Of a stretch of DNA of 64,000 bases, positions 28,151 to 36,859 are shown in pieces; position 1 is the first letter of the stretch, and every line of letters begins with the position of its first letter. Location of the stretch: NCBI GenBank assembly GCA_905234565.1, contig CAJOHW010000028.1, positions 9,874-73,873 of the forward strand, read 5' to 3'. A program made the translations under genes and the position numbers. The notes beneath the pieces were generated by a model. It saw nothing but the letters and a program-made list of their open reading frames with translations, made no database searches and was not told where the DNA came from. The stretch comes from an uncultured Oscillibacter sp. (GTDB lineage: Bacteria; Bacillota; Clostridia; Oscillospirales; Oscillospiraceae).

Positions 28151-29242
28151 ATGGCTAAGAAAATCCGCGTACTGGTGGTGGACGACTCCATCCTGGCCAG
28201 AAAGGTCATCATGGACGGCCTGGGCGCCATTCCAAACCTGGAAGTGGTAGGGTACGCCATCAACGCAATCGACGCGAAAAGCAAGGTCAAACAGCTCCGG
28301 CCCGATGTCATGACGCTGGACGTGCAGATGCCCGGCATGACGGGGCTGGATTTTTTGAAATCCTTCCTGCCGGAGTACCCCCTGCCGGTGGTGCTGGTGT
28401 CCGCCCTGAACATGGGGGCCTTCGACGCCCTCCACGCCGGGGCGGTGGACTTCGTGCGAAAGCCCGACCGGGACGTGAGCACCGGGGACTTTATTGCCAC
28501 GCTGGCCCGCAGCGTCCAGGACGCCTCCCGGGCCAAGGTCCAGCGTCCCGCAGCGGCGGCGGCGGTGGAGGCCGGCCCCCCCGCTCTGGGGGGCACCATC
28601 GCCGGACGCACCGTCATCGCCCTGGGGGCCTCTACCGGCGGCACGGAGGCCACGCTGGAAGTCATGAAGCGGCTGCCGGCGGACATCCCCGGCATGGTCA
28701 TCGTGCAGCATATGCCTGTGGGCTTTACGAAGATGTACGCCGAGCGGCTGAACAAGCTCTGCCGCATGGAAGTGCGGGAGGCCAAAGAAGGAGACGAGGT
28801 GAAGCGGGGGGTGGCCCTCATCGCCCCGGCGGACCTTCAGACCCGGGTGGTCCGATCCCCTCTGGGGGGCTACCGGGTGAGCTGCACCCACGGGGACCGG
28901 GTCAGCGGCCACCGGCCCAGCGTGGACGTGCTGTTCCAGTCCATGGCGGACAACGTCCGCTGCCAGATGGTGGGGATCATCATGACCGGCATGGGCCGGG
29001 ACGGGGCCTCCGGGCTTCTGGCCATGCGGAAAAAGGGGGCCTATACCATCGGCCAGGACGAGGACACCTGCGTGGTCTACGGAATGCCCCGGGCCGCCTA
29101 TGAGGACGGAGCCGTCATGGTCCAGGCCGGGTGCACTGCTGCGGCGGCTGCGGGGCGGACGATAGAAAAGCTGCGGCTGAATTCAGTATCTCTATATCGT
29201 TTGAAAGGATGTGTCTATAATGCCCGAAAAATTGTCCGTTAA
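28151..29242 (+). CDS. cheB: Chemotaxis protein-glutamate methylesterase CheB (3' end runs into a repeat-bounded insertion)
   Basis: ATG at 28151 after aaaggagggg. REC domain (VLVVDDS...DVMTLDVQMPGMTG). Catalytic motifs GASTGGTEA, VIVQHMPVGFT and MTGMGRDGA. Confidence 0.88.
   Translation: MAKKIRVLVVDDSILARKVIMDGLGAIPNLEVVGYAINAIDAKSKVKQLRPDVMTLDVQMPGMTGLDFLKSFLPEYPLPVVLVSALNMGAFDALHAGAVDFVRKPDRDVSTGDFIATLARSVQDASRAKVQRPAAAAAVEAGPPALGGTIAGRTVIALGASTGGTEATLEVMKRLPADIPGMVIVQHMPVGFTKMYAERLNKLCRMEVREAKEGDEVKRGVALIAPADLQTRVVRSPLGGYRVSCTHGDRVSGHRPSVDVLFQSMADNVRCQMVGIIMTGMGRDGASGLLAMRKKGAYTIGQDEDTCVVYGMPRAAYEDGAVMVQAGCTAAAAAGRTIEKLRLNSVSLYRLKGCVYNARKIVR
29037..29135 (+). repeat. 99-bp perfect direct repeat, copy 1 (inside the cheB 3' end)
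   Basis: gggcctataccatcggccaggacgaggacacctgcgtggtctacggaatgccccgggccgcctatgaggacggagccgtcatggtccaggccgggtgca is identical to 30756-30854. Confidence 0.9.
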
Positions 29243-30755
29243 AATTATCTCGAAAAACGCACCCTCCCCCCGGAACTGTAAAGGTATAACAACTTACGGA
29301 TCCGCGAATTGTGATCACATATCTTTTCCTCTGGAAGACACCCGCGCTCTTATGGACTTGAGAGGCAGCTTTGCGATGGTTGTGGAGAGCCCGGATTCTG
29401 TCACGCTGATCTGTGACCCGATCCGGAGTATTCCTCTGTTTTACAGTGTAACCCATAAGGGAATTGTCGTAGGGTGCCACGGCGTGGCTGTGGCGGAAGA
29501 GTGCGGGATGGAACTGGACCAGGAGGCTGCGACAGAATTTCTTTACGCAAGATATGTCACAGGAATCCGTACGCTTTTTAAGAATGTTTACGCCGTCAAT
29601 CCAGGTGAGATTCTCCGTATTTCCAGGGAAGACGGCTCTGTCAGCCGCCGATTTTACTATGAACTTCTCTATTGCATGGAAGGGCGTGAGGAGGTCCCGG
29701 TTTCCCGGCTCATTGAGGAATTTGACGCCTGTTTGGAGGATGTTTTCAGAGATCTTGCCAAACGCCTCAACGGAAGGCCCGTTTTAATTCCTCTGAGCGC
29801 CGGGTGCGATTCCCGTACCGCCGCAGTGATGTTCAAACGGATCGGATATCCGGATGTGGCCTGTTTCTACTTTGGCAGGAAGATTAACCGGGATGCCGCT
29901 ACATCCAGAGCCATTGCCGAAAACCTGGGCTATCCCTGGGTTTTGGCGGAAACCACAAACGAGCGGTGGGGGAAACTGTACCAGTCCGATGTCTATTCCC
30001 AGTATTTGGAATACAGCTGTAACGGAAACAGCATGGGGACGGCTCGCACTTTTTTAGGCCCCCTGATTGTGAAGGATCGCTTTCAAGACCGTGTGGTGGT
30101 GCCGGGGCACACTCTGGATGTTGAGATGGGCAGCCATCTGCCGGCTTGGAGCCGCGAAAAAGAGATTTCACGGGAAATGCTGACGGCATACAATATCCAA
30201 TGGCATTATTCCCTGAGACTGCATCCGGAGAAATGCGCCGCCTCTATCCGCCGGTGGTCGGAAAAGCTGCCGGAAAAAATGGACGCCGCCGCCGCCATTC
30301 GAGAGTTTCAGCATTTTGAATGGCTCAACCGCCAGCCAAAGTTTATTGTCAACGAAGTGCGTAAGTATGAATTTTTTCAGTTTGCCGGTTGGGAGATCCC
30401 CTTCTGGGACACGCGGGTCTGCGACTTCGCAACAAAACTTACGCCCTTCCAGCTGGAAGGCCGCAACTTCCAATACCGGTATATGGAGAAGATTGTCGAT
30501 CCCTTTGCCGGAATCCAGCAGACATACCCGGCTGCGGGGGAAGTTCCGGAAAAAACCAAGACTTCCCGGTTCCAGGAACTCAAAGCATGTCTGCGCAGAT
30601 ACCGCGATTCAGGTTTGTCGCTTTATGGGCATATGAGTTTTCCAGAATACTTGAACTGGGTCCGCAAGTGCGGCACATATTTCAATATCCATGCCAAAAC
30701 AGCGGAAGACGGGTTGAACAGGATTCTCGCAAAGTATCACCTTCCCATGCCATAA
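29220..30755 (+). CDS. Asparagine-synthetase-family (PP-loop ATP-pyrophosphatase) enzyme lacking the N-terminal Cys nucleophile
   Basis: GSFAMVVESPDSVTLICDPIRSIPLFY (AsnB N-domain-like) and PVLIPLSAGCDSR (SGGxDS-type PP-loop). The N-terminus is MPEKLS, not MCG. Start is ATG 29220 or GTG 29211. The gene is AT-rich (41 and 44% G+C in two hand-counted 100-nt samples). Confidence 0.7.
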   Translation: MPEKLSVKIISKNAPSPRNCKGITTYGSANCDHISFPLEDTRALMDLRGSFAMVVESPDSVTLICDPIRSIPLFYSVTHKGIVVGCHGVAVAEECGMELDQEAATEFLYARYVTGIRTLFKNVYAVNPGEILRISREDGSVSRRFYYELLYCMEGREEVPVSRLIEEFDACLEDVFRDLAKRLNGRPVLIPLSAGCDSRTAAVMFKRIGYPDVACFYFGRKINRDAATSRAIAENLGYPWVLAETTNERWGKLYQSDVYSQYLEYSCNGNSMGTARTFLGPLIVKDRFQDRVVVPGHTLDVEMGSHLPAWSREKEISREMLTAYNIQWHYSLRLHPEKCAASIRRWSEKLPEKMDAAAAIREFQHFEWLNRQPKFIVNEVRKYEFFQFAGWEIPFWDTRVCDFATKLTPFQLEGRNFQYRYMEKIVDPFAGIQQTYPAAGEVPEKTKTSRFQELKACLRRYRDSGLSLYGHMSFPEYLNWVRKCGTYFNIHAKTAEDGLNRILAKYHLPMP

Positions 30756-30868
30756 GGGCCTATACCATCGGCCAGGACGAGGACACCTGCGTGGTCTACG
30801 GAATGCCCCGGGCCGCCTATGAGGACGGAGCCGTCATGGTCCAGGCCGGGTGCATGCGGGGCCGATAA
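30756..30868 (+). pseudogene. Duplicated promoterless cheB 3' fragment (repeat copy 2 plus 14 nt to a stop)
   Basis: Encodes AYTIGQDEDTCVVYGMPRAAYEDGAVMVQAGCMRGR* with no start codon. The first 99 bp are identical to 29037-29135. Confidence 0.8.
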
Positions 30869-30925
30869 CCCGGAGGCAGAGCGGGGAGATACGCAATTTC
30901 TTTCCGGATTTTGGGGCGCGGACTA

Positions 30926-30954
30926 TTAATTTTTTGGCCCAATGGACCGATGAA
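30926..30954 (+). promoter_or_regulatory. Sigma-28-type promoter upstream of flgM
   Basis: TTAA-N16-ACCGATGA. Confidence 0.4.
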
Positions 30955-31043
30955 TAGTATGAATGATATTTTATGACCCGCCTCCCTGGCGGCGGATTGT
31001 AAGGATAGCATACCTCAAAATGTGGAAAAGGGGGCGGACCCTG

Positions 31044-31343
31044 ATGAACATCACCAGCACGATTGCGCGGCCCGGAGAGGTGCAGCGCACGTACCAGTCC
31101 CAGCTGTACGCCGCGCCGCAGCCCCAGCGCACGGAACCGGATTCCCGCCGGTTTGACAGCGTCACCATTGCCGCCAGTTCCTCCCGGCTTATGGAACTGC
31201 GGGGGAAAATCGCCCAGGAAGTGCGCACCGCCACCTCCTCCGGCCAGGTCAGCGCCCTGCGGGAACAGGTCCAGAACGGTACCTACCAGCCCGACGCCAT
31301 GGAGATTGCCCGGCGGATGCTGCTGATTCCGGAGGCCGGATAA
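31044..31343 (+). CDS. flgM: Anti-sigma-28 factor FlgM
   Basis: 99 aa. C-terminal SGQVSALREQVQNGTYQPDAMEIARRML is the typical FlgM sigma-binding helix. Lies directly upstream of flgN-flgK. Confidence 0.8.
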   Translation: MNITSTIARPGEVQRTYQSQLYAAPQPQRTEPDSRRFDSVTIAASSSRLMELRGKIAQEVRTATSSGQVSALREQVQNGTYQPDAMEIARRMLLIPEAG

Positions 31344-31796
31344 ATGGACGCCCAGCAGTACCGGGAGTGCTTCGCCTTCCTGGAAAAGCTCTGCGGCACC
31401 CTGGACGCCCTGGCGGACCTGCAAAGGGAGAAAAGCACGGCCGTATCCCGGGACGATCTCCTGGGCGTGGAGGCCTGCATGAAGCGGGAACAGGCCCTGA
31501 GCCTCTCCCTGCGGTCCATGGAGCAGAAGCGGGAAAAACTGTTCTCCCCCCTGGGCATGAGAGACAAACCCTTCTCCGCCCTGCCGGAGTACTGTCCGCC
31601 GGAACTGCGGCCCCAGGCCCGGGATCTGGCGGACCGGGTGCGCCGGTGCTACGGCATCTACCGCAGCGCGGCGGACGCCGCCCGCTCCAACCTGGAGCTG
31701 AACCTCCACCAGATTGAAAAAATGACCGCGGCGCAGGCGCCCGCCGGAGGCATCGACCTGCCCCCCAGCGGCGCTTTTGCCGATATCCGGGCATAA
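31344..31796 (+). CDS. flgN: FlgN-family flagellar export chaperone
   Basis: 150-aa helical protein between flgM and flgK, the position of B. subtilis yvyG. Confidence 0.6.
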   Translation: MDAQQYRECFAFLEKLCGTLDALADLQREKSTAVSRDDLLGVEACMKREQALSLSLRSMEQKREKLFSPLGMRDKPFSALPEYCPPELRPQARDLADRVRRCYGIYRSAADAARSNLELNLHQIEKMTAAQAPAGGIDLPPSGAFADIRA

Positions 31797-31865
31797 GCCC
31801 AAAGCCCCCGGTGACGCGGCACCCGCGCTCACAAGTATCTAAGGGAGAAGGAGGGACGCATCGCA

Positions 31866-34061
31866 ATGGGTACCCTGTCTACGTTCGGCATCTTCACTAT
31901 GACCCGGCTGGGGGTGTACGCCGCCACCCAGGGCCTGAACGTGTCCGGAAACAATGTCACCAATATCAATACGGAGGGCTATACCCGTCAGGTTCTGGAC
32001 CAGACCTCCCTCCATATGAGCGCCGCCGACCGGTACAGCACCCAGTCCATCCATATGGGCTCCGGTGTGCTGGCCCCGGGCGTGTATCAGATCCGGGACC
32101 AGTTCTTAGACATCCGCTACCGCAAAGCCAACAGCGGCGTGGGCTATATGGAGTCCGAACTGGACGGCCTGGACCACCTGTCCAGCCTCCTGGACGAGGT
32201 AAACAAGGGCAATGACCAGGAGGGCGTCCTGGAAGCCATGTTCAACGACATGGTGGATCAGATGGACCAGCTGGCCGCCCAGGGCGCCGGAAAGGACCAG
32301 GACGACACCCTGTTCCGGGCCTCCGTGGAGACCCTGACCCGCCAGCTCAACAAAACCGCCAGCGATCTTGAGGAGTTGAGAGGCACCCGCATTGAAAAGC
32401 TCCAGGAGGACATCGGAGAGGTCAACAAAATCCTGGAACAGATCCGGGATCTCACCACCACCATCCGGAAAAACACCATCTACGGCGACAACTCCCTGGA
32501 ACAGCTGGACCAGCGGAACCTGCTTTTGGATAAACTGTCCGAGTACATGGACATTGACGTGGTCTATACCGAGGAAAACCTGACGCCTACCATCACCTGG
32601 GATAAGCTCACCATCCGCACGGGCACGGACCCCCAGCGGATCGTGGCCGACGGGCTGTACGCCTCCACCCTGGAACTGCGGGTGGGCACGGATGAGGGGG
32701 AGGACCCCAACTTCGACCTGAACTTCCTGGAACTGCGGGATATCCACGGCCACGGCAAAATCCTGCGGGAAGGTGACTTAGGCGCGGTGAAAAACCGGGA
32801 CGCCGGAGCCATGACCTTAGATGAAAACGGGGAATATGTGGTCATCGGCGAGGGAGACGAGATGGAACCCTTGGAATTCCTGACCGAGGAGGAGGCCCAG
32901 GCCCTGTGCGATCAGCTCAATGAAACCGCCAACGGCGTGGAATACCGCCTCCAATACGACGATGGAGTCCTGACCGTCCACCAGTACACCACCACGTTCT
33001 ACGCCTCCAGCGAGGACGCCTACGCCGCCCTGGAAGAACTCAACGCCGCCGGACGGGATTACACCGAGCATACCAATCCCGTCACCGGAGAGGTCACCCG
33101 CTACACCAACCGGATTGTCAATATGGGCTCCACCTTTGAAATCCACCAGTTTGAGGTGTTCTACGGCAAAGTGCAGCTGGGGGATACGGAACTGGGCGGC
33201 GGCCTTCTGGCGGACCGGGAGATCCTGACGGAGGAGGGCATCTTCTCCACCCAGGAGGATCTGGACGGAGACCCCAACGCCGCCTCCAAACGGGGCATCG
33301 TGTTCTACCAGAAGGCCCTGGATGTGCTGGCCAACACCCTTGCCTCCACACTGAACGACGCCAATACCATCCCCGATCAGGAACTCTACGAAACCCGGCA
33401 GGTGGATGTGCGCCAGGACGACGGCAGTTACCTCACCACCTATGAGTTCATCGACGCGGACGGCAACCCCGTCACCGACGGGGACCGGTCCAAGTACGTG
33501 CTGAAAAAGGAGTACAGCTACTATAACGGCGGCGTCCTCCTGAGCAACAAGTCCACGGACAACGACGATACCGGCATCACCGCCGCCAATATCTCGATTT
33601 CCAAAAACTGGGCCAACGGCTCTTTCCGGGTGCTGCGGACCAAGCAGCCCCAGGACCTGGACAGCAACGGCAACCCCATCCCCGCCAGCACCTTGAACGA
33701 CAACCTGAACCATATCCGCAACCTCCTGATTGACAAACACGCATTTATGCCCAATAACGCCGGGATTTACAGCAACGCCGCGTCGGACGAACCCTTCTTT
33801 ACCGGCTCTTTCCAGGAACTGTTCACCGATCACATCGCCGTGTCCCTGGCCACGGACAAGAGCTATGTCAGCACCATGCTGAACAACAACACCATCATGG
33901 CGGACCAGCTCTACGTCAACCGGGACGGCGTGCAGGGTGTGGATTTGAACGACGAGGCCGTGAACATGATGCAGTACCAGAAGGCCTACGACGCCGCCTG
34001 CCGCCTGATGACCGTATACGACGAGATGCTGGATAAGCTCATCAACGGCACAGCCGTGTAA
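31866..34061 (+). CDS. flgK: Flagellar hook-associated protein 1, FlgK
   Basis: N-terminus STFGIFTMTRLGVYAATQGLNVSGNNVTNINTEGYTRQ. C-terminus DEAVNMMQYQKAYDAACRLMTVYDEMLDKLIN. Confidence 0.9.
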   Translation: MGTLSTFGIFTMTRLGVYAATQGLNVSGNNVTNINTEGYTRQVLDQTSLHMSAADRYSTQSIHMGSGVLAPGVYQIRDQFLDIRYRKANSGVGYMESELDGLDHLSSLLDEVNKGNDQEGVLEAMFNDMVDQMDQLAAQGAGKDQDDTLFRASVETLTRQLNKTASDLEELRGTRIEKLQEDIGEVNKILEQIRDLTTTIRKNTIYGDNSLEQLDQRNLLLDKLSEYMDIDVVYTEENLTPTITWDKLTIRTGTDPQRIVADGLYASTLELRVGTDEGEDPNFDLNFLELRDIHGHGKILREGDLGAVKNRDAGAMTLDENGEYVVIGEGDEMEPLEFLTEEEAQALCDQLNETANGVEYRLQYDDGVLTVHQYTTTFYASSEDAYAALEELNAAGRDYTEHTNPVTGEVTRYTNRIVNMGSTFEIHQFEVFYGKVQLGDTELGGGLLADREILTEEGIFSTQEDLDGDPNAASKRGIVFYQKALDVLANTLASTLNDANTIPDQELYETRQVDVRQDDGSYLTTYEFIDADGNPVTDGDRSKYVLKKEYSYYNGGVLLSNKSTDNDDTGITAANISISKNWANGSFRVLRTKQPQDLDSNGNPIPASTLNDNLNHIRNLLIDKHAFMPNNAGIYSNAASDEPFFTGSFQELFTDHIAVSLATDKSYVSTMLNNNTIMADQLYVNRDGVQGVDLNDEAVNMMQYQKAYDAACRLMTVYDEMLDKLINGTAV

Positions 34062-34078
34062 GAGGGAGGGAGGAAACC

Positions 34079-35143
34079 ATGTCGTTCCGCATTACCACCA
34101 ACGGGCTGTTCCGCACCTATGGCACCGCCATGCGCACCCAGAACAAAAAGGTCTACGACGCCCTGGAACGGGTCCAGACCAACCGGAAGTTCGCCCACTT
34201 CTCCGAGGATCCCGCCAGCGCCGCCAAGGCCTTCCGGCTGCGCCGGGACCACTGGCGCTCCACAGACTTCCTGGACAACACCAACTTCCTCATCAGCAAA
34301 CAGGAGATCGCGTACAGCGCCGGCAGCGCCATTGTCAACGGAGATGACCGGGTGCCCAGTCTGGACGGCATTTATGAGAGCCTGGCGGGCCTGTCGGACA
34401 CCGCTGGGGCCGGACGCAAACCCCTGGGCTATGAACTGTCAGCCAAGGCGGAGTCCATTGCCTCCGCCATGAACGTGACGTTCAATGAGGAGTTCGTGTT
34501 CGCCGGAGCCGACGGACTGAACGTCCCCTTTACCTGGGACGGAGATAAACTCCTCTACCGGGGCATTGATGTCAGCGCGGAGACCGGCTCGGAGGACTAT
34601 GAGCGGCTGCAAAAAATGGCCGCCGAGAACACCTATGTGGACATCGGCCAGGGCATGAAGGAAAACGACCAGGGAGTCATTCCCAACAGCGCCTACGACT
34701 CCTGCCTCAGCGGGCTCACCTTCCTGGGCTACGGCACGGATGAGGACGGAGACTCCAAAAACCTGGCGGTGCTGATGAGAGAACTGGGAAACCTGTACCA
34801 GAACTGCGATCCGGATACGGGAGACTACCCCGGCATCAATCACGACGCCCAGGAGGCCAACAAGGCCCGGGCCCAGACCCTGTCCCTGAAAATTCACGAC
34901 GCCATTAACCGCGTCCAGGAACAGCACGTGGCCCTCAGCGCCGGCAGCAACTTCCTGCAGCAGAACAAACGGCAGTTGGAAGAGACCCAGTTCACCCTGC
35001 AGGAACAGATCAGCCAGGTGGAGAAGTTAGATGACACCGGCGCTCTGGCCATTGAGGAGATGGCATGGGCTCAGTACGTCTATGAAGCGGCGCTGCACGT
35101 GGGCAACGACCTGCTCTCCCACTCCCTCTTTGACTATATGTAA
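34079..35143 (+). CDS. flgL: Flagellar hook-filament junction protein FlgL
   Basis: MSFRITTNGLFRTY... flagellin-like N and C helices; position after flgK. Confidence 0.8.
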   Translation: MSFRITTNGLFRTYGTAMRTQNKKVYDALERVQTNRKFAHFSEDPASAAKAFRLRRDHWRSTDFLDNTNFLISKQEIAYSAGSAIVNGDDRVPSLDGIYESLAGLSDTAGAGRKPLGYELSAKAESIASAMNVTFNEEFVFAGADGLNVPFTWDGDKLLYRGIDVSAETGSEDYERLQKMAAENTYVDIGQGMKENDQGVIPNSAYDSCLSGLTFLGYGTDEDGDSKNLAVLMRELGNLYQNCDPDTGDYPGINHDAQEANKARAQTLSLKIHDAINRVQEQHVALSAGSNFLQQNKRQLEETQFTLQEQISQVEKLDDTGALAIEEMAWAQYVYEAALHVGNDLLSHSLFDYM

Positions 35144-35237
35144 GGACGGAAATGTGGAAATAAAGGTGGAAAGTTGAGATCCTCAACGGACGGCTCCGGT
35201 CTGCCGTGTGGAAATTCAGGAAAGGAAGTGCTTTACA

Positions 35238-36044
35238 ATGTATCCCCTGCTTGAGATTACGACGGTGCCCATCGAGATACAGATGAAAACCACCAACGCC
35301 TCCTTGGAGTACACCAAGGGCTCGGTGGAGATGGAAATCGTCCGCTCCGAAAAAAGCGGTGTGGAAGTCAAAAGCGGGCCCATTCAGGTACAGCTGGATA
35401 CCTTTGAACTGCGGGGAGACGCCTTCCAGGCCGCCACGGCCAACGCGGTGGCCGCGGTACAGGCCAGCAACCAGGCAAGCCAGCTGGCCAACCAGACAAA
35501 ACAGCCGGTCAGCCAGCCTGCCGCCAGTCCGGTGTCCAACGCGGCCTTGAACCAATCGGCCGCCGCCCAGGGCAGTTACCGGGCTACCTCCGCCTTCGCC
35601 GACGGGGGTGCCATTCAGTTCAGCTTTCTTTTGAGCGGAGGTCCTCCCCAGACCCAGCAGGCCGTGCCCCAGAATACCCAGCTTACCGCGCCGGAGGCCC
35701 AGATCCTGCCCCAGGAACCCCAGTACGTTCCGCCCCAGGCCCAGATTGCCGCGCCGGAGGCCCAGATCCTGCCCCAGAACAGCGGCGGCGCTCCGGCCCA
35801 GGTTCCGGAGTTCCCGAAAGAACTGAAAGATCTGCCGGATGAGCGGGCCATTGAGATCCGCTATAACATGGACCAGATGAAATTCTCCTGGGACATTCAG
35901 CAGGGCAAGTTCACCTTTATCCCCGGAGACATCGAGTTCACCATGTCCCGGCGGCCCAGCATCACCTATAAGTACTTAGGTGAGCCCATCTATGTGCCCG
36001 CGTCGGCGGATCCCAACTACGAGCCTGTGGATACGGAGGCCTGA
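35238..36044 (+). CDS. YviE-like (DUF6470-type) flagellar-locus protein
   Basis: MYPLLEITTVPIEIQMKTTNASLEY... in the flgL/fliW slot occupied by yviE in B. subtilis. It has an internal PEAQILPQ tandem motif. Confidence 0.6.
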   Translation: MYPLLEITTVPIEIQMKTTNASLEYTKGSVEMEIVRSEKSGVEVKSGPIQVQLDTFELRGDAFQAATANAVAAVQASNQASQLANQTKQPVSQPAASPVSNAALNQSAAAQGSYRATSAFADGGAIQFSFLLSGGPPQTQQAVPQNTQLTAPEAQILPQEPQYVPPQAQIAAPEAQILPQNSGGAPAQVPEFPKELKDLPDERAIEIRYNMDQMKFSWDIQQGKFTFIPGDIEFTMSRRPSITYKYLGEPIYVPASADPNYEPVDTEA

Positions 36045-36059
36045 GCGCGGGGAAAGATA

Positions 36060-36096
36060 CCCGTGAGCGATTCTGAAAGAGCGCGGGTAGAAAAAA
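36060..36096 (+). repeat. Interspersed repeat family, internally deleted copy C (upstream of the fliW SD)
   Basis: cccgtgagcgat + tctgaaagagcgcgggtagaaaa equals the two ends of copy A (cccgtgaacgat ... tctgaaagagcgcgaataaaa) with the middle missing. Confidence 0.45.
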
Positions 36097-36110
36097 GGAG
36101 GCGTCCTGCT

Positions 36111-36569
36111 GTGAAAACCATGACGAAATACTTTGGCGAAATCGAATACGCCCAGGAGGACATCCTTACCTTTCCCAAGGGACTGTACGGTTTTGAGGGG
36201 GAACACTCCTTTCTGCTGCTGCCCTTTTCCGGCAACGGCACCCTCTTCTGTCTCCAAAGCCTGTCCACCCCCCAACTGGGGTTCATCATGATGGATCCCT
36301 TCTCCCTGGAACCGGCCTATGCCCCGGTATTGCAGCCGGAGGAACTGGAATTTTTGAAGGTGGAGCGCAGCCAGGACCTGAGTTATTACGTCATGTGCGT
36401 GGTAAAGGACCCGGTGGCCTGCTCCACAGTGAATCTGCGCTGCCCGGTGGCCGTCCAGGACGACGGCACCGCCATTCAGGTGATTCTGGAGGACGCCGCC
36501 TACCATATGCGCCACCAGCTGGCGGAGTTCGCCCAGCCGGAGGAAGAGGAGGAGGACGCGCCATGCTGA
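36111..36569 (+). CDS. fliW: Flagellar assembly factor FliW
   Basis: GTG at 36111, 9 nt after ggagg. KTMTKYFGEIEYAQEDILTFPKGLYGFEGEHSFLLLP matches the FliW N-terminus. Confidence 0.85.
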   Translation: MKTMTKYFGEIEYAQEDILTFPKGLYGFEGEHSFLLLPFSGNGTLFCLQSLSTPQLGFIMMDPFSLEPAYAPVLQPEELEFLKVERSQDLSYYVMCVVKDPVACSTVNLRCPVAVQDDGTAIQVILEDAAYHMRHQLAEFAQPEEEEEDAPC

Positions 36570-36799
36570 TCCTGCGGCGAAAAGCGGGGGAATCCCTGGT
36601 GATTGGCGACGAGATCAAGGTGGCGGTGCTGGATATCAATGAGGGCAGCGTACGCCTGGCGATTGACGCGCCCAAACGCATTCCCATTCTGCGCAGCGAA
36701 CTGCTTCAGGCGGCGGACGCCAACCGGGACGCCGCCAATGAACAGTCCCAGCCGGAAAAACTTCTGGCCCTGCTGAACCATACGGCCAGACCCAAATAG
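36563..36799 (+). CDS. csrA: Carbon storage regulator CsrA
   Basis: MLILRRKAGESLVIGDEIKVAVLDINEGSVRLAIDAPKRIPILRSEL. The start overlaps the fliW stop (ATGCTGA). Confidence 0.92.
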   Translation: MLILRRKAGESLVIGDEIKVAVLDINEGSVRLAIDAPKRIPILRSELLQAADANRDAANEQSQPEKLLALLNHTARPK

Positions 36800-36805
36800 A
36801 AGGAA

Positions 36806-36838
36806 AGCGCACCTCCTGAGAGGTGCGCTGTGTTTTTT
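36806..36838. terminator. Bidirectional rho-independent terminator
   Basis: agcgcacctc-ctga-gaggtgcgct followed by gtgtttttt. Confidence 0.65.
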
Positions 36839-36859
36839 GGCTGGATAATTTCCCCGGCG

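Noticed and set aside
29220-30755. AsnB-like gene as the cyclase of a lasso-peptide cluster
   Set aside because: No precursor peptide ORF, B-protein (transglutaminase-like protease/RRE) or exporter is adjacent. The gene is a solitary insertion, so a RiPP cluster cannot be supported from this window.
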